A DNA stretch of 64,000 nucleotides from Acidimicrobiia bacterium. GTDB lineage: Bacteria > Actinomycetota > Acidimicrobiia > IMCC26256 > PALSA-610. The stretch spans positions 14,025-78,024 of the forward strand of contig DASXZO010000108.1 in assembly GCA_036501845.1 (NCBI GenBank). Direction: 5' to 3'. The notes beneath the pieces were generated by a model, which was not told where the DNA came from, ran no database searches, and saw only the letters and a list, made by a program, of their open reading frames with translations. Both the position numbers and the translations under genes were made by a program. Numbering within the stretch: the stretch's first letter is position 1; each line of letters starts with the position of its first letter. Positions 52,739 to 63,745 of this stretch are shown in pieces.

Positions 52739-54775
52739 GTGAACGGCATGCGACCAACGGACGTGGGGGCGTTGATCAACATCAACGATCCGCGTGTCGC
52801 TCCGGGCGGGGCGCTCGTGTCGTACACGGAACAGTGCGTCGAGCTCGACGCCAATCGCTACGTGACCGCGGCGTGGGTCACCGACCTCGATGGCGTGCGA
52901 CGCGCACTCATCACCGGCGGCGACGCCGACACCTCGCTCGCGCGCTGGTCACCCGACGGCACCACGCTCGCGGTGCTGCGCAAGCCGCGCAACGGCGACG
53001 ACGAAGAACCGACGTCGATCGTGTTCGTGCGCGCCACCGATGCTGACGCCGCGGTCGATCCCGTCACGGTGTGCGCTCTGGCCGAGCCGCCCAGCGAGCT
53101 CGAGTGGTCGCCCGACGGCACGCGCCTCGCGTTCATCGCGAGGCAACCCGATCCGGCCTACTACGGAGCGCCCGGAGAGACCCGTAAGGCGAAGGACACG
53201 CCGGCGCGTCACATCACACACTTCTACACACGCGAAGACGGCGAAGACTTCACCTTCGATCGCCCGGCGCGCCTCTTCGTGGTCGCGGCCGAACGCGATG
53301 CAGCACCCCGTGTGCTGAGCGACGGGCCGGGCGCGAGCGGGTTCGCCTGGTCGCCCGACGGCACGCGCATCGCGTACTGCGAAGCCCGCCACGACACCTG
53401 GGACTTCGACCTCGCCAACGACATCTGGATCGTCGACGCCGAGGCCGACGAATCGGCGTCACCCAACGAGCCGCAGCGTTTCACCGAACCCGGTCAGTGC
53501 TACAGCCACCTCTCGTGGGCGCCCAACGGCGCGCGCATCGCGGCGCTGTGCGACCCCACTCCACTCGACACGCCCCGACACGGCCGGCTCGTGGTGTTCA
53601 ACGTCGCGACCGGCGCGTGCGAGTCGAGCACAGAGCAGCTCGATCGCAATTGCGCGCCCTATCCCGGTGCCCGAGCGCCGCTGTGGGACGGGCCCGCCCG
53701 TTTGCTGTTCAACCTCGAAGACGCAGGGGCCGTCCCCCTGGTGAGTGTGCTCGTCGTGAACCCGGGCGGCGGTGCGTGCGAGCTCGAATACCTGGTTGAC
53801 GGCCCGCGCGCCGTCAACGGATTCGATCGGCGTGACGGCACACTCGCGGCGGTGATCGGCGCCGCCGACTCGCTCGCCGAATTGCACATTGCCGCGGCGT
53901 CCACCGGCGGCGAACTGCGCGCGATCACCAACGCCACCGAGCGCTTCAGCACGGCGATCGGCAGCGAACCGGTCACACCGATCCGTTTCGAGGCCACGAG
54001 CTCTGACGGCGAACTGGTGGAGTGCTGGGCGTACCGGCCAGTGGGCGACGGCCCGTTCCCCACGCTGTTGAACATCCACGGTGGACCGTTCACGCAGTAC
54101 GGCTACCGCGTGTTCGACGAGTTCCAGATGCAACTCCGCGCCGGCTTCGCCGTGGTGTGCTGCAATCCTCGCGGCTCGTCGGGTTACAGCGAAGCGTGGG
54201 GCCGCGCCATCCGCTGGCCCGAATGGGCCACCGACCCCGGCACCGGCTGGGGCGGCATCGACTACGACGACGTGATGGCGTGCATCGACACTGCCGTCGG
54301 TCGGTTCGAGTGGATCGACGGTGACCGCGTCGGCGTGCTCGGCGGCAGCTACGGCGGCTACATGACGTCGTGGATCATTGGGCACACCAACCGGTTCCGC
54401 GCCGCGTGCAGCGAGCGATCGGTGAACAACCTGCTCACCGAAGAGCACAACTCCGACGTTGCGAGCGCGTTCCGCACCGAGATCGGCGCGTCGCACATCG
54501 ACAAGCCCGAGGCCTACCTACGCCACTCGCCGATCACGTACGTGCGCGACATGCACACGCCCTTGCTGATCTTGCACAGCGAGAACGACCTCCGCTGCCC
54601 GATCAATCAGGCCGAAGAGCTGTTCGTGACGCTGCGGATGCTCGGGCGCACGCCCGAGTTCTGGCGCTTCCCCGGCGAGTGCCACGAGCTGTCGCGTCAT
54701 GGGGCACCGAAGCATCGGGTGCAGCGCGCCGAGATCATCCTCGATTTCTTCCGCCGCCATCTCCAAGACGCCTGA
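52739..54775 (+). CDS. S9-family serine peptidase (acylaminoacyl-peptidase / prolyl oligopeptidase-like) with N-terminal beta-propeller
   Basis: 678 aa. WSPDG repeats are present in the N-terminal half. The nucleophile block is GGSYGGYM, with a Asp/His region SENDLRCP ... GECHEL. Confidence 0.85.
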   Translation: MNGMRPTDVGALININDPRVAPGGALVSYTEQCVELDANRYVTAAWVTDLDGVRRALITGGDADTSLARWSPDGTTLAVLRKPRNGDDEEPTSIVFVRATDADAAVDPVTVCALAEPPSELEWSPDGTRLAFIARQPDPAYYGAPGETRKAKDTPARHITHFYTREDGEDFTFDRPARLFVVAAERDAAPRVLSDGPGASGFAWSPDGTRIAYCEARHDTWDFDLANDIWIVDAEADESASPNEPQRFTEPGQCYSHLSWAPNGARIAALCDPTPLDTPRHGRLVVFNVATGACESSTEQLDRNCAPYPGARAPLWDGPARLLFNLEDAGAVPLVSVLVVNPGGGACELEYLVDGPRAVNGFDRRDGTLAAVIGAADSLAELHIAAASTGGELRAITNATERFSTAIGSEPVTPIRFEATSSDGELVECWAYRPVGDGPFPTLLNIHGGPFTQYGYRVFDEFQMQLRAGFAVVCCNPRGSSGYSEAWGRAIRWPEWATDPGTGWGGIDYDDVMACIDTAVGRFEWIDGDRVGVLGGSYGGYMTSWIIGHTNRFRAACSERSVNNLLTEEHNSDVASAFRTEIGASHIDKPEAYLRHSPITYVRDMHTPLLILHSENDLRCPINQAEELFVTLRMLGRTPEFWRFPGECHELSRHGAPKHRVQRAEIILDFFRRHLQDA

Positions 54776-54800
54776 ACGCACTCGCTGGCTACGCTCGGCG

Positions 54801-54831
54801 CCAGCCGACGACCGCGAACAAGAGGCGAGAG
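54801..54831 (+). promoter_or_regulatory. Family B leader element, short form (upstream of ilvD)
   Basis: CCAGCCGACGACCGCGAACAAGAGGCGAGAG-ATG. The 5' block (15/16 matches) is joined directly to the GAACAAGAGG-N6-ATG end of copies A and B. Confidence 0.55.
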
Positions 54832-56505
54832 ATGACGAACAAACCGCGCAGTCACGAGGTCACCGACGGCAACGGCCGCGCGCCGGCGCGAGCGATGTTG
54901 CGCGCCGTCGGCATGACCGACGGCGACTGGGACAAGGCGCAGGTGGGCGTGGCGTCGAGCTGGAACGAGGTGACGCCGTGCAACATGCCCCTCGACCGGC
55001 TCGCCAAGCGAGCCAAGGTGGGCGTGCGCGACGCGGGCGGCTTCCCGATCGAGTTCGTCACGATCGCGGTGAGCGACGGCATCTCGATGGGCCACGAAGG
55101 CATGCGCGGCTCGTTGGTGAGCCGCGAGATCATCACCGACTCGATCGAGTGCATGATGCACGCCGAGCGCCTCGACGCGATGGTCACGTTCGCCGGTTGC
55201 GACAAGAGCCTGCCCGGCATGCTGATGGCCGCGGCGCGCGTGAACCTGCCGAGCGTGTTCGTCTACGGCGGGTCGATCCTGCCCGGCCACCACAACGGTG
55301 AGGCGCTCGACATCGTGAGCGTGTTCGAAGCCGTCGGCGCGTGCGCGGCAGGCACGTTGAGCGTGAACGAGCTCGGCGAGATCGAAAAGCGCGCGTGTCC
55401 CACGGAAGGTTCGTGTGCGGGCATGTTCACTGCCAACACGATGGCGTCGGTCGCCGAAGCGATCGGCATGGCGCTCCCGGGATCGTCGTCGGCCCCCGCC
55501 GTCGACCGCCGCCGCGACGATTTCGCATACGAGTCGGGCCAAGCGGTGATGAACCTGCTCGAGCTCGACCTGCGCCCCCGCCAGATCATGACCAAGGACG
55601 CGTTCGAGAACGCCATCGCCGTGGTGATGGCGCTCGGCGGTTCCACGAACGCAGTGCTGCACCTCCTCGCCATCGCCCACGAGGCCCGCGTGGAGCTGCA
55701 ACTCGAGGACTTCAACGACGTCGGTGCACGCGTCGCGCACGTCGCCGACATGAAGCCGCACGGCAAGTACCACATGGTCGACCTCGACCGCGTCGGCGGC
55801 GTGCCCGTGGTGATGAAGATGTTGCTCGACGCGGGTGTGCTCCACGGCGACTGCCTCACGGTCACCGGCAAGACGATCGCCGAGAACCTCGCCGCCATCC
55901 ACCCTCCCGCGCCCGACGGCGACGTGGTGCATCCGTTCAACGCACCGATCCACGCGCTGGGCGGCATCGCCGTGTTGCGCGGTTCGCTGGCACCGAACGG
56001 CGCGGTGGTGAAGGTGGCAGGTATCGACCAGCTCCGGTTCGAGGGCCGCGCCCGAGTGTTCGACGGCGAGGACGCGGCGATGGAGGCGATCCTGGCCGGT
56101 TCGATCGAGCCGGCCGACGTGATCGTGATCCGTTACGAGGGCCCGAAGGGCGGGCCGGGCATGCGCGAGATGCTCGCGGTCACCGGCGCGCTGAAGGGCG
56201 TGGGTCGCGGTGCCGACACCGCGCTCGTCACCGACGGTCGCTTCTCGGGCGGCACCCACGGATTCTGTGTGGGCCACGTGGCGCCCGAAGCCGTCGACGG
56301 TGGTCCGATCGCGTTCGTGGCCGACGGTGACCGCATCGTGATCGATGCCGGCGCGCACACGATCGACGTCGAGATCGACTCGGCCGAACTCGCCAAGCGG
56401 GTGGAGAACTGGAAGCTCCCCGAACCGCGCTACACGAGCGGCTTCCTGGCCAAGTACGCCAAGCTGGCCCAAGGCGCCGACATGGGCGCCATCACGAATT
56501 TCTAG
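54832..56505 (+). CDS. ilvD: Dihydroxy-acid dehydratase
   Basis: 557 aa from the ATG at 54832. Contains [46 protein letters not shown] and TDGRFSGGT. Confidence 0.95.
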   Translation: MTNKPRSHEVTDGNGRAPARAMLRAVGMTDGDWDKAQVGVASSWNEVTPCNMPLDRLAKRAKVGVRDAGGFPIEFVTIAVSDGISMGHEGMRGSLVSREIITDSIECMMHAERLDAMVTFAGCDKSLPGMLMAAARVNLPSVFVYGGSILPGHHNGEALDIVSVFEAVGACAAGTLSVNELGEIEKRACPTEGSCAGMFTANTMASVAEAIGMALPGSSSAPAVDRRRDDFAYESGQAVMNLLELDLRPRQIMTKDAFENAIAVVMALGGSTNAVLHLLAIAHEARVELQLEDFNDVGARVAHVADMKPHGKYHMVDLDRVGGVPVVMKMLLDAGVLHGDCLTVTGKTIAENLAAIHPPAPDGDVVHPFNAPIHALGGIAVLRGSLAPNGAVVKVAGIDQLRFEGRARVFDGEDAAMEAILAGSIEPADVIVIRYEGPKGGPGMREMLAVTGALKGVGRGADTALVTDGRFSGGTHGFCVGHVAPEAVDGGPIAFVADGDRIVIDAGAHTIDVEIDSAELAKRVENWKLPEPRYTSGFLAKYAKLAQGADMGAITNF

Positions 56506-56676
56506 GTTTCGCTTCAGTCGCGGTACCGGCAGCTCCGCTGGCGCTCCGCTTACCGGTCCCACTCATTCAGCTCCACGGCGAGCTCACTCCGCGGCTCAGT
56601 CGCTCGTGCCTCGCTCCTGCGCGGCTGCGTTCGCCGCGTCCGAACGAGTAGTCGATGTAGCCAGCTTCGCTGTCAT

Positions 56677-57543
56677 TCAGCCGACGAGGTCGCCGGACCA
56701 GGACGCTTCGATCTCGTCGAGGCGGCCGGTGGCGCTACGGCGCAGGCGGCGCGCCACCGCGGCCACGAACGCGTGCACGAACGCCATCGCGCCGGCGGCC
56801 GAGTCGAACGGGCCGACGCCGCGCGCCTCGATCGTGAACGTGTAGCGCGCCTGCGCGGCGAGCGGTGAAAGCCGGCTGTCGGTGAGCGCGATCACGAGCG
56901 CGCCCCGCTCGTCGGCTCGCGCCACCGCATCGAGGATCCAGCGCTCGTAACGCCGCAGGTCGAGCACCACGAGCAGGTCACCGCGGTCGAGATCGACGAG
57001 CTGACGCGACACACGCGGGCCCGGCGCGTCGATCAAGAGCACGCCGTCGCGCAACAGGTCGAGCTGTTGCGCAAGCACGCGCGCCGGCGCGCCGCTCAGC
57101 TCTCCAGCCAGCACGAACACGCGGTGGCGGCGATCGGCAACCAGCTCGATGGTGTCGCGGAAGTCCTTGCCGTCGATCGACTCGATCGTGCGGCGCACGT
57201 TCTCGAGGTCGGCGTGGAGCACCTGCGCGAGCACGTCACCGGTGGAGCGCTCGCGGATGCGCTGCGTGGCCGGCCGCAGTTGGTCGGCGATCTCCTCCTG
57301 CACCGCGGCCTGGAGCTCGACGAAGCCCGCGAACCCGAGTTTGGCGGCGAAGCGCAGCACCGTGGGGCCGCTCGTGCTCGACCGCTCGGCCAGTTCGGCC
57401 ACGGTGCCGAAGGCGACCACCTTCGGATCGTCGGCCACCACCCTCGCCACCTGCCGTTCGGCCACGGTGAAACGGGGCGCCGCCTCGCCGATCAGATCGA
57501 GTACCGACCGCGGTTCCGGCGATTCTGGGGGCACGGAACGCAC
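56677..57543 (-). CDS. RpiR/MurR-family transcriptional regulator (HTH_6 + SIS)
   Basis: 288 aa. The HTH is FGTVAELAERSSTSGPTVLRFAAKLGFAGFVELQ, followed by a C-terminal SIS-like domain. Confidence 0.8.
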   Translation of the reverse strand: MRSVPPESPEPRSVLDLIGEAAPRFTVAERQVARVVADDPKVVAFGTVAELAERSSTSGPTVLRFAAKLGFAGFVELQAAVQEEIADQLRPATQRIRERSTGDVLAQVLHADLENVRRTIESIDGKDFRDTIELVADRRHRVFVLAGELSGAPARVLAQQLDLLRDGVLLIDAPGPRVSRQLVDLDRGDLLVVLDLRRYERWILDAVARADERGALVIALTDSRLSPLAAQARYTFTIEARGVGPFDSAAGAMAFVHAFVAAVARRLRRSATGRLDEIEASWSGDLVG

Positions 57544-57590
57544 GTTACACTTGATGGACTCTTCGGAACAGACGGCCCGACAACCGGACG

Positions 57591-59051
57591 GTGGTCGACA
57601 ACATGGGTGACACCTTCGAGAGCACGAACCCGGCCCGGCCGGCCGAGGTGGTGGGCACGTTCCCCATCGACGACACCGCCGCGGTCGACCGAGCAGTCGA
57701 GCGCGCCGCGGCCGCGCAGCGCGACTGGGCCCGTGTGCCCGTGCCGGCGCGCGCCGAGATCATCGCCGCGGTCGGCGAGGTGCTCGCGGCGCGCAAGGCC
57801 GAGCTCGCCGCGCTCGTCACCCGTGAAGCCGGCAAGGTGCTCGTGGAAGCCGGCGGCGACGTGCAAGAGGCGATCGACATGGCCGCCTACGTGGCCGGCC
57901 AGGGTCGTGCGTCGTGGGGTTCGGTGCATCCGTGCGAGATGCCCGACAAGCTCGGCTTCACCACCCGCCACCCCATTGGCGTCGCGGCGCTGATCACACC
58001 GTGGAACTTCCCGGTGGCGATCCCGTCGTGGAAGATCTTCCCGGCCCTCCTCGCGGGCAACGGCGTGGTGATCAAGCCGTCAGAGTTCGCGCCCGCATGC
58101 TGCGATGCGTTCGTGCAAGCCTGCGCCGACGCGGGCGTGCCTGCGGGGCTGGTGAACGTGGTGCACGGTTTCGGTGAGGTCGGTGCGGCGCTCACGGTGC
58201 ACCCCGGTGTGCGGGCGGTGTCGTTCACGGGATCGGTGCCCACGGGCCGGCGCGTCGCCGCGGCGGCGATGGAAACCGGGCCGCGCCTCGTGTCGCTCGA
58301 GCTGGGCGGCAAGAACGCGATGGTGGTGCTCGACGATGCTGATCTCGATCTCGTGGTCGACGGCGCGCTGTTCGGCGCGTTCGGCACGTCGGGCCAGCGA
58401 TGCACGTCGACATCGCGCCTTGTGGTGCAGCGAGGCGTGGCCGACGAGCTGGTGCGCGCCGTCGCCAAGCGCGCGGGCGAGCTGCGGCTCGGCGACCCGC
58501 TCGACGCGCACACAGACGTCGGCCCGGTGATCACATCCGGAGCGCTCGAGCGCATCGGATCGATGGTGGAGCGCGCGGTCGGCGAGGGCAACGAGCTGGT
58601 GTGCGGCGGTGCACCGGTGGAAGTCGAAGGCTGCGACGGCGGTGCGTTCTTCGCACCAACGATCCTGCGGGGCGCGCAGCGGTCGTCGTTCATCACCCGC
58701 AACGAGGTGTTCGGGCCGGTGCTCGCGGTGGTGGAGGTCGACTCGCTTGCCGACGCGATCGACACCGTGAACGACTGCGAATACGGCCTATCCGCCGCGG
58801 TGTACACGCGCGACGTCAACGCCGCGATGCGCGCGGTGCACGACATCGACACCGGGATCGTCTACGTGAACGCGCCCACGATTGGCGCCGAGATCCACCT
58901 GCCGTTCGGCGGCAACAAGCACACCGGCAACGGCTACCGCGAAGCCGGCACCCGCGGCCTCGAGCAGTTCTCGGAGACGAAGTCGGTCTACATCGACTTC
59001 TCGGGACGGCTGCAGCGCGCCCAGATCGACAACCGGGACGCCATCGCATGA
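57591..59051 (+). CDS. NAD(P)-dependent aldehyde dehydrogenase
   Basis: 486 aa (GTG at 57591; alternative ATG at 57603). Contains ITPWNFP, FTGS, the catalytic Glu block ELGGKNAMVV, the Cys block GQRCTSTSR, and EYGLSAAV. Confidence 0.9.
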   Translation: MVDNMGDTFESTNPARPAEVVGTFPIDDTAAVDRAVERAAAAQRDWARVPVPARAEIIAAVGEVLAARKAELAALVTREAGKVLVEAGGDVQEAIDMAAYVAGQGRASWGSVHPCEMPDKLGFTTRHPIGVAALITPWNFPVAIPSWKIFPALLAGNGVVIKPSEFAPACCDAFVQACADAGVPAGLVNVVHGFGEVGAALTVHPGVRAVSFTGSVPTGRRVAAAAMETGPRLVSLELGGKNAMVVLDDADLDLVVDGALFGAFGTSGQRCTSTSRLVVQRGVADELVRAVAKRAGELRLGDPLDAHTDVGPVITSGALERIGSMVERAVGEGNELVCGGAPVEVEGCDGGAFFAPTILRGAQRSSFITRNEVFGPVLAVVEVDSLADAIDTVNDCEYGLSAAVYTRDVNAAMRAVHDIDTGIVYVNAPTIGAEIHLPFGGNKHTGNGYREAGTRGLEQFSETKSVYIDFSGRLQRAQIDNRDAIA

Positions 59052-60607
59052 ACGGCGCCGAAGCGATCGCCGACGCGCTTCGGCGCGCGGGCGTCGACAT
59101 CGCGTTCGGCTTGCCCGGCGTGCACAACATGGCGCTGTGGCCCGCGTTCGCGGCCGCTGGGATCCGTATCGTCGGCTCGCGCCACGAACAGGGTTGCGCC
59201 TACGCGGCCGACGGCTACGCGCGCGCCACTGGGAACCTCGGCGTGGCGCTCGTGACCACCGGACCCGGTGCCGCCAACACGTTGGGTGCAGTCGGCGAGG
59301 CGTGGGCGAGCAAGAGCCCGGTACTCGTGATCGCCACCGACATCCCGAGCACGCAGCGCCGCGAGGGCGTGTACCGCGGCGTGCTCCACGAATGCACCGA
59401 CCAAGCCGGCCTGTTCGCGCCGGTCACCAAACTGCGGACGCGCGACATCGGCGAAGCCGTCATGCAGGCTCGGCTCCAGCCGCGCTCGCCCGTGTATTTC
59501 GAAGTGCCCACCGATCACCTTGGCGCACCGGCCGAACCGGCCGACGTGCACGACATTGCGCTCGCGGGCGTGAACCGCACGATCGATCTGCCGCTCGGTG
59601 AGCGACCAGTGATGTGGGTGGGTGGCGGAGCGCAGGGCGCCACCGAGGCGATCGACCGCGTCGCTCGCCACCTCGGCGCGCCGGTGATCACCACCTATTC
59701 GGCGCGCGGCGTGCTGCCCGCCGACCACCCCCACCTGGTGCCCGCGCCGCCGCACGAACCGCAGGTGACCAAGCTCATCGAACAAGCAGATTCCACGCTC
59801 GTGATCGGTTCCGACCTCGACGCCATGGACACGATGAACTGGGCGCTGGCGTTTCCACGGCCACGCGTCGCGGTGAACATCGATGCCGCCGACGCCACGA
59901 AGAACTACGACTTCGACCACGTGGTGAAGCTCGACGCGGCGGGGCTCGCTCGCTACGACCTGCGCGCGCCTGCGGCGCCGCGAGCACCGTGGTTCGGTGA
60001 TCTCGACGCACTCGGTAGCGATGTGCGCGACGAGTTGCGCGCCGACCCGAACACCACCGAGAGCGTCGAGTTCCTCGAGCGCACCGAGACCGTGTTGCAC
60101 GCGCACGACGATCCGGTCGTGTTCGCCGACATGTGCATCGCCGGCTACTGGCTCGCAGGTCACATGGCCGTCCATCGCGCCCGTGGTCTCCACTACCCGA
60201 TGGGTTGGGGCACGCTCGGGTGGGCGTTGCCCGCGAGCGTCGGCGCCGCGTCCGCCGGGCGGCCGAGTGCCGCGTTCATCGGCGATGGTGGCGCACTGTT
60301 CGCGATCGGTGAGCTCGCCACCATCGCCCAGGAGCGGTCACCGCTCACGATCGTGGTCGTCGACGACGGCGGCTATGGCATGCTCCGCTGGCCGCAGGAC
60401 GCGCGTGACGGCTGCGAGCTCGCACCCGTCGACTTCGTGCGCGTCGCCGAGGGCTTTGGCATCGCCGCAAGCGCCGTCGACGGCGTCGGCGAGCAATACG
60501 CGCACGCGCTCGCCGACGCGGTGCGCAGCCGCGAACCGCGCTTGCTGCACGTGCGCGCTCGTCTCTACCCGCCTCGGACCACGAGTCCGCGTTGGCCGAT
60601 CAGGTGA
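59048..60607 (+). CDS. ThDP-dependent enzyme of the acetolactate-synthase/2-oxoacid decarboxylase superfamily
   Basis: ATG at 59048 overlaps the ALDH stop (ATGA); 519 aa. Contains GLPGVHNMALW, RHEQGCAYAADGYA and the ThDP motif IGDGGALFA...VVVDDGGYGML. Confidence 0.85.
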   Translation: MNGAEAIADALRRAGVDIAFGLPGVHNMALWPAFAAAGIRIVGSRHEQGCAYAADGYARATGNLGVALVTTGPGAANTLGAVGEAWASKSPVLVIATDIPSTQRREGVYRGVLHECTDQAGLFAPVTKLRTRDIGEAVMQARLQPRSPVYFEVPTDHLGAPAEPADVHDIALAGVNRTIDLPLGERPVMWVGGGAQGATEAIDRVARHLGAPVITTYSARGVLPADHPHLVPAPPHEPQVTKLIEQADSTLVIGSDLDAMDTMNWALAFPRPRVAVNIDAADATKNYDFDHVVKLDAAGLARYDLRAPAAPRAPWFGDLDALGSDVRDELRADPNTTESVEFLERTETVLHAHDDPVVFADMCIAGYWLAGHMAVHRARGLHYPMGWGTLGWALPASVGAASAGRPSAAFIGDGGALFAIGELATIAQERSPLTIVVVDDGGYGMLRWPQDARDGCELAPVDFVRVAEGFGIAASAVDGVGEQYAHALADAVRSREPRLLHVRARLYPPRTTSPRWPIR

Positions 60608-60611
60608 TCTC

Positions 60612-61940
<1,329 letters not shown>

Positions 61941-61959
61941 GCGCGCGAGACTCCGCGGC

Positions 61960-62460
61960 GTGAGCCGCGAGCCGCAACGCGTCGATCGTCCGCACATGCC
62001 GGCCTACGGCGTGGCCGCGGCCGACGAGGGCCAAGGCCTCCTCGACTGGAGTTGGGCCGCCGAACGCCTCACGACATCGCACCACTACTGGCTCGCCACC
62101 ACTTGGCCCGACGGGCGGCCACACGTGATGCCGGTGTGGGGCGCGTGGCTCGACGATGCCGTGTGGTGCAGCACGAGCCTGCGCTCACGCAAGTACGCCA
62201 ACCTCGCACGCGACCCACGCTGCACGGTCGCCACCGACAATGCCTACGAGCCTGTGCTCGTCGAAGGCACGGCAACTGTGCTGCGCGACGAGCCCTCACG
62301 CCAGAGGTTCCTCGACGCGACCAACAGTAAGTACGACACGAAGTACGAGCTCGACTTCTTCGACCCCGAGGTGAACGCGGTGATCACGATCGCTCCGCTC
62401 GTTGCGATCGGGCTCGACGAGGCCGACTTCACCGGCACCCCCACCCGCTGGCACTTCTGA
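61960..62460 (+). CDS. Pyridoxamine 5'-phosphate oxidase-fold (PPOX-class, possibly F420/FMN-binding) protein
   Basis: 166 aa with a GTG start. Contains HYWLATTWPDGRPHVMPVWGAWLDD, typical of the split-barrel family. Confidence 0.7.
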   Translation: MSREPQRVDRPHMPAYGVAAADEGQGLLDWSWAAERLTTSHHYWLATTWPDGRPHVMPVWGAWLDDAVWCSTSLRSRKYANLARDPRCTVATDNAYEPVLVEGTATVLRDEPSRQRFLDATNSKYDTKYELDFFDPEVNAVITIAPLVAIGLDEADFTGTPTRWHF

Positions 62461-62469
62461 GCGCGCTCT

Positions 62470-63186
62470 CTACGGAGCGGCGCCGAGCGCGGCGAGGTCG
62501 CGCCGCGAGTAGCGGATGTGCCAGAACGCTTCCTCGAACACCGTGAACAAGCATTCGCGAAGCGGGTTCGTACAGTTTTCGAGCACCTCGATCGGCGCAT
62601 CGAGATCGACGTCGTGCATGGAGTCGATGAACGCGCCGACGCGCGTCGAGCGGTCGGACAGCACGGCCAGTGCCTCGACCACCGAAGGCGTGCACTCGAG
62701 GTCGAGATCGGGCCACGGAAAGTCGAGCGATCCTGTGTTCGGTAGGCCGATCGGGTCGAAGCCGGCTCCGAGCACGGGCGCGGTGAACCACTTGTCGATC
62801 GCGAACACGAGGTGGCGCGTCGTCTCGACGAACGACCACTGGTCGTCGACCCGGCGGTGCAGCGCGTCGTCGCGCACGGAATGCGCCTGCTCAACCGTGA
62901 TGGTCCACTCGCGCTCGAGCGCAGACCAGGTGGCCCGCATCGCAGCCGCGTCGACGGGGCGCAGCATCGCGCGCAGCGGATACCACGGGTCGTGCTCGTT
63001 CACGTAGGCGGTGACGTCCACGCCGTTGACGATCAATCGATCGACGAACGCATCGATCTCGACGCCGGCCAACCACGCGTGCGTGATCGTGGCGCCGGTG
63101 AGGTCGACGTCGCGAAAGCGCGCGCCGCTGAGGTCGGCGCCCCAAAACACGGCACCGGCGAGATCGCCTTCGAACTCGTCGGGCAT
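62470..63186 (-). CDS. Pentapeptide-repeat N-terminus fused to a DinB-family domain
   Basis: 238 aa. The N-terminus DLAGAVFWGADLSGARFRDVDLTGATIT is made of A(D/N)LxX pentapeptide repeats. The remainder is a four-helix DinB-like domain (..TTRHLVFAIDKW.., ..FEEAFWHIRY..). Confidence 0.65.
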   Translation of the reverse strand: MPDEFEGDLAGAVFWGADLSGARFRDVDLTGATITHAWLAGVEIDAFVDRLIVNGVDVTAYVNEHDPWYPLRAMLRPVDAAAMRATWSALEREWTITVEQAHSVRDDALHRRVDDQWSFVETTRHLVFAIDKWFTAPVLGAGFDPIGLPNTGSLDFPWPDLDLECTPSVVEALAVLSDRSTRVGAFIDSMHDVDLDAPIEVLENCTNPLRECLFTVFEEAFWHIRYSRRDLAALGAAP

Positions 63187-63195
63187 ACCGCCGGC

Positions 63196-63726
63196 TCAGG
63201 GCTGGCGGCCGGTGTAGGCGAGAAGGCGTTGCTGCGGCGACGCGTCGTCGCCCACCTTCACCTCTGGCGCGAACACGCCTTTGCGCTGCTCGTCGGTGAA
63301 GCGCCCGTGGATCGTGTCGTACGCGGCATCGGCAAGTCCGGCGGGCATCGTGTCGTCCTGGCCACTCCCGCGCGCCAGATCGCAGCCGTGGAGCAGGAGA
63401 TCGCTGAACGCGATGCCGAGCATCGGGCCGGTGGCGTCCACCACGCCCGGCGCGCCGAAAGCCTTCAGCATCTCGGCGCGCACCTCGGTGAAGTCACCGG
63501 CCGGATCGTCCGAGATGAGCGCGGGCGGCTCCGGAGTGAGTTCGGCCTGCTCGCCACACGCTTGCGCGAGGAAGAATCGCTGGGTCTGGAGCATGTGGTC
63601 GAGCAGCGTGCGCACGCTCCATCCTTCGCACGGCGACGGTGCGTCGAGCTTGGTCGCTGCGCCCTGCACCTTGGTGACCGCCCAATCGCTGCTGCGGCCG
63701 TAGAGATCGAGATAGTCGAAAGCCAT
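63196..63726 (-). CDS. DinB/MDMPI_N-type (TIGR03086-like, mycothiol-dependent enzyme family) protein
   Basis: 176 aa from the ATG at 63726 (MAFDYLDLYG..). Contains PSPCEGWSVRTLLDHM and DLLLHGCDLA. The ORF-track extension to 63816 overlaps the next gene. Confidence 0.6.
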   Translation of the reverse strand: MAFDYLDLYGRSSDWAVTKVQGAATKLDAPSPCEGWSVRTLLDHMLQTQRFFLAQACGEQAELTPEPPALISDDPAGDFTEVRAEMLKAFGAPGVVDATGPMLGIAFSDLLLHGCDLARGSGQDDTMPAGLADAAYDTIHGRFTDEQRKGVFAPEVKVGDDASPQQRLLAYTGRQP

Positions 63727-63745
63727 GGCGTTCGTTCTACCCCGT

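Noticed and set aside
56596-56676. 26-codon minus-strand ORF (MTAKLATSTTRSDAANAAAQERGTSD) starting immediately after the rpiR stop
   Set aside because: Third-position G/C content is clearly lower than in neighbouring genes. There is no SD, and the region reads better as non-coding repeat DNA.
56881-56925. Possible fifth family R copy inside rpiR (..GCGCCCCGCTCGTCGGCTCGCGCC..), and a 3'-half match at about 5640-5665
   Set aside because: Only short sub-blocks match (CCCCGCTCG..GGCTCGCGCC; GCGAGTGGGGGCCGCAC), with different spacing and no initial hairpin. This is within what GC-rich coding sequence can produce by chance.
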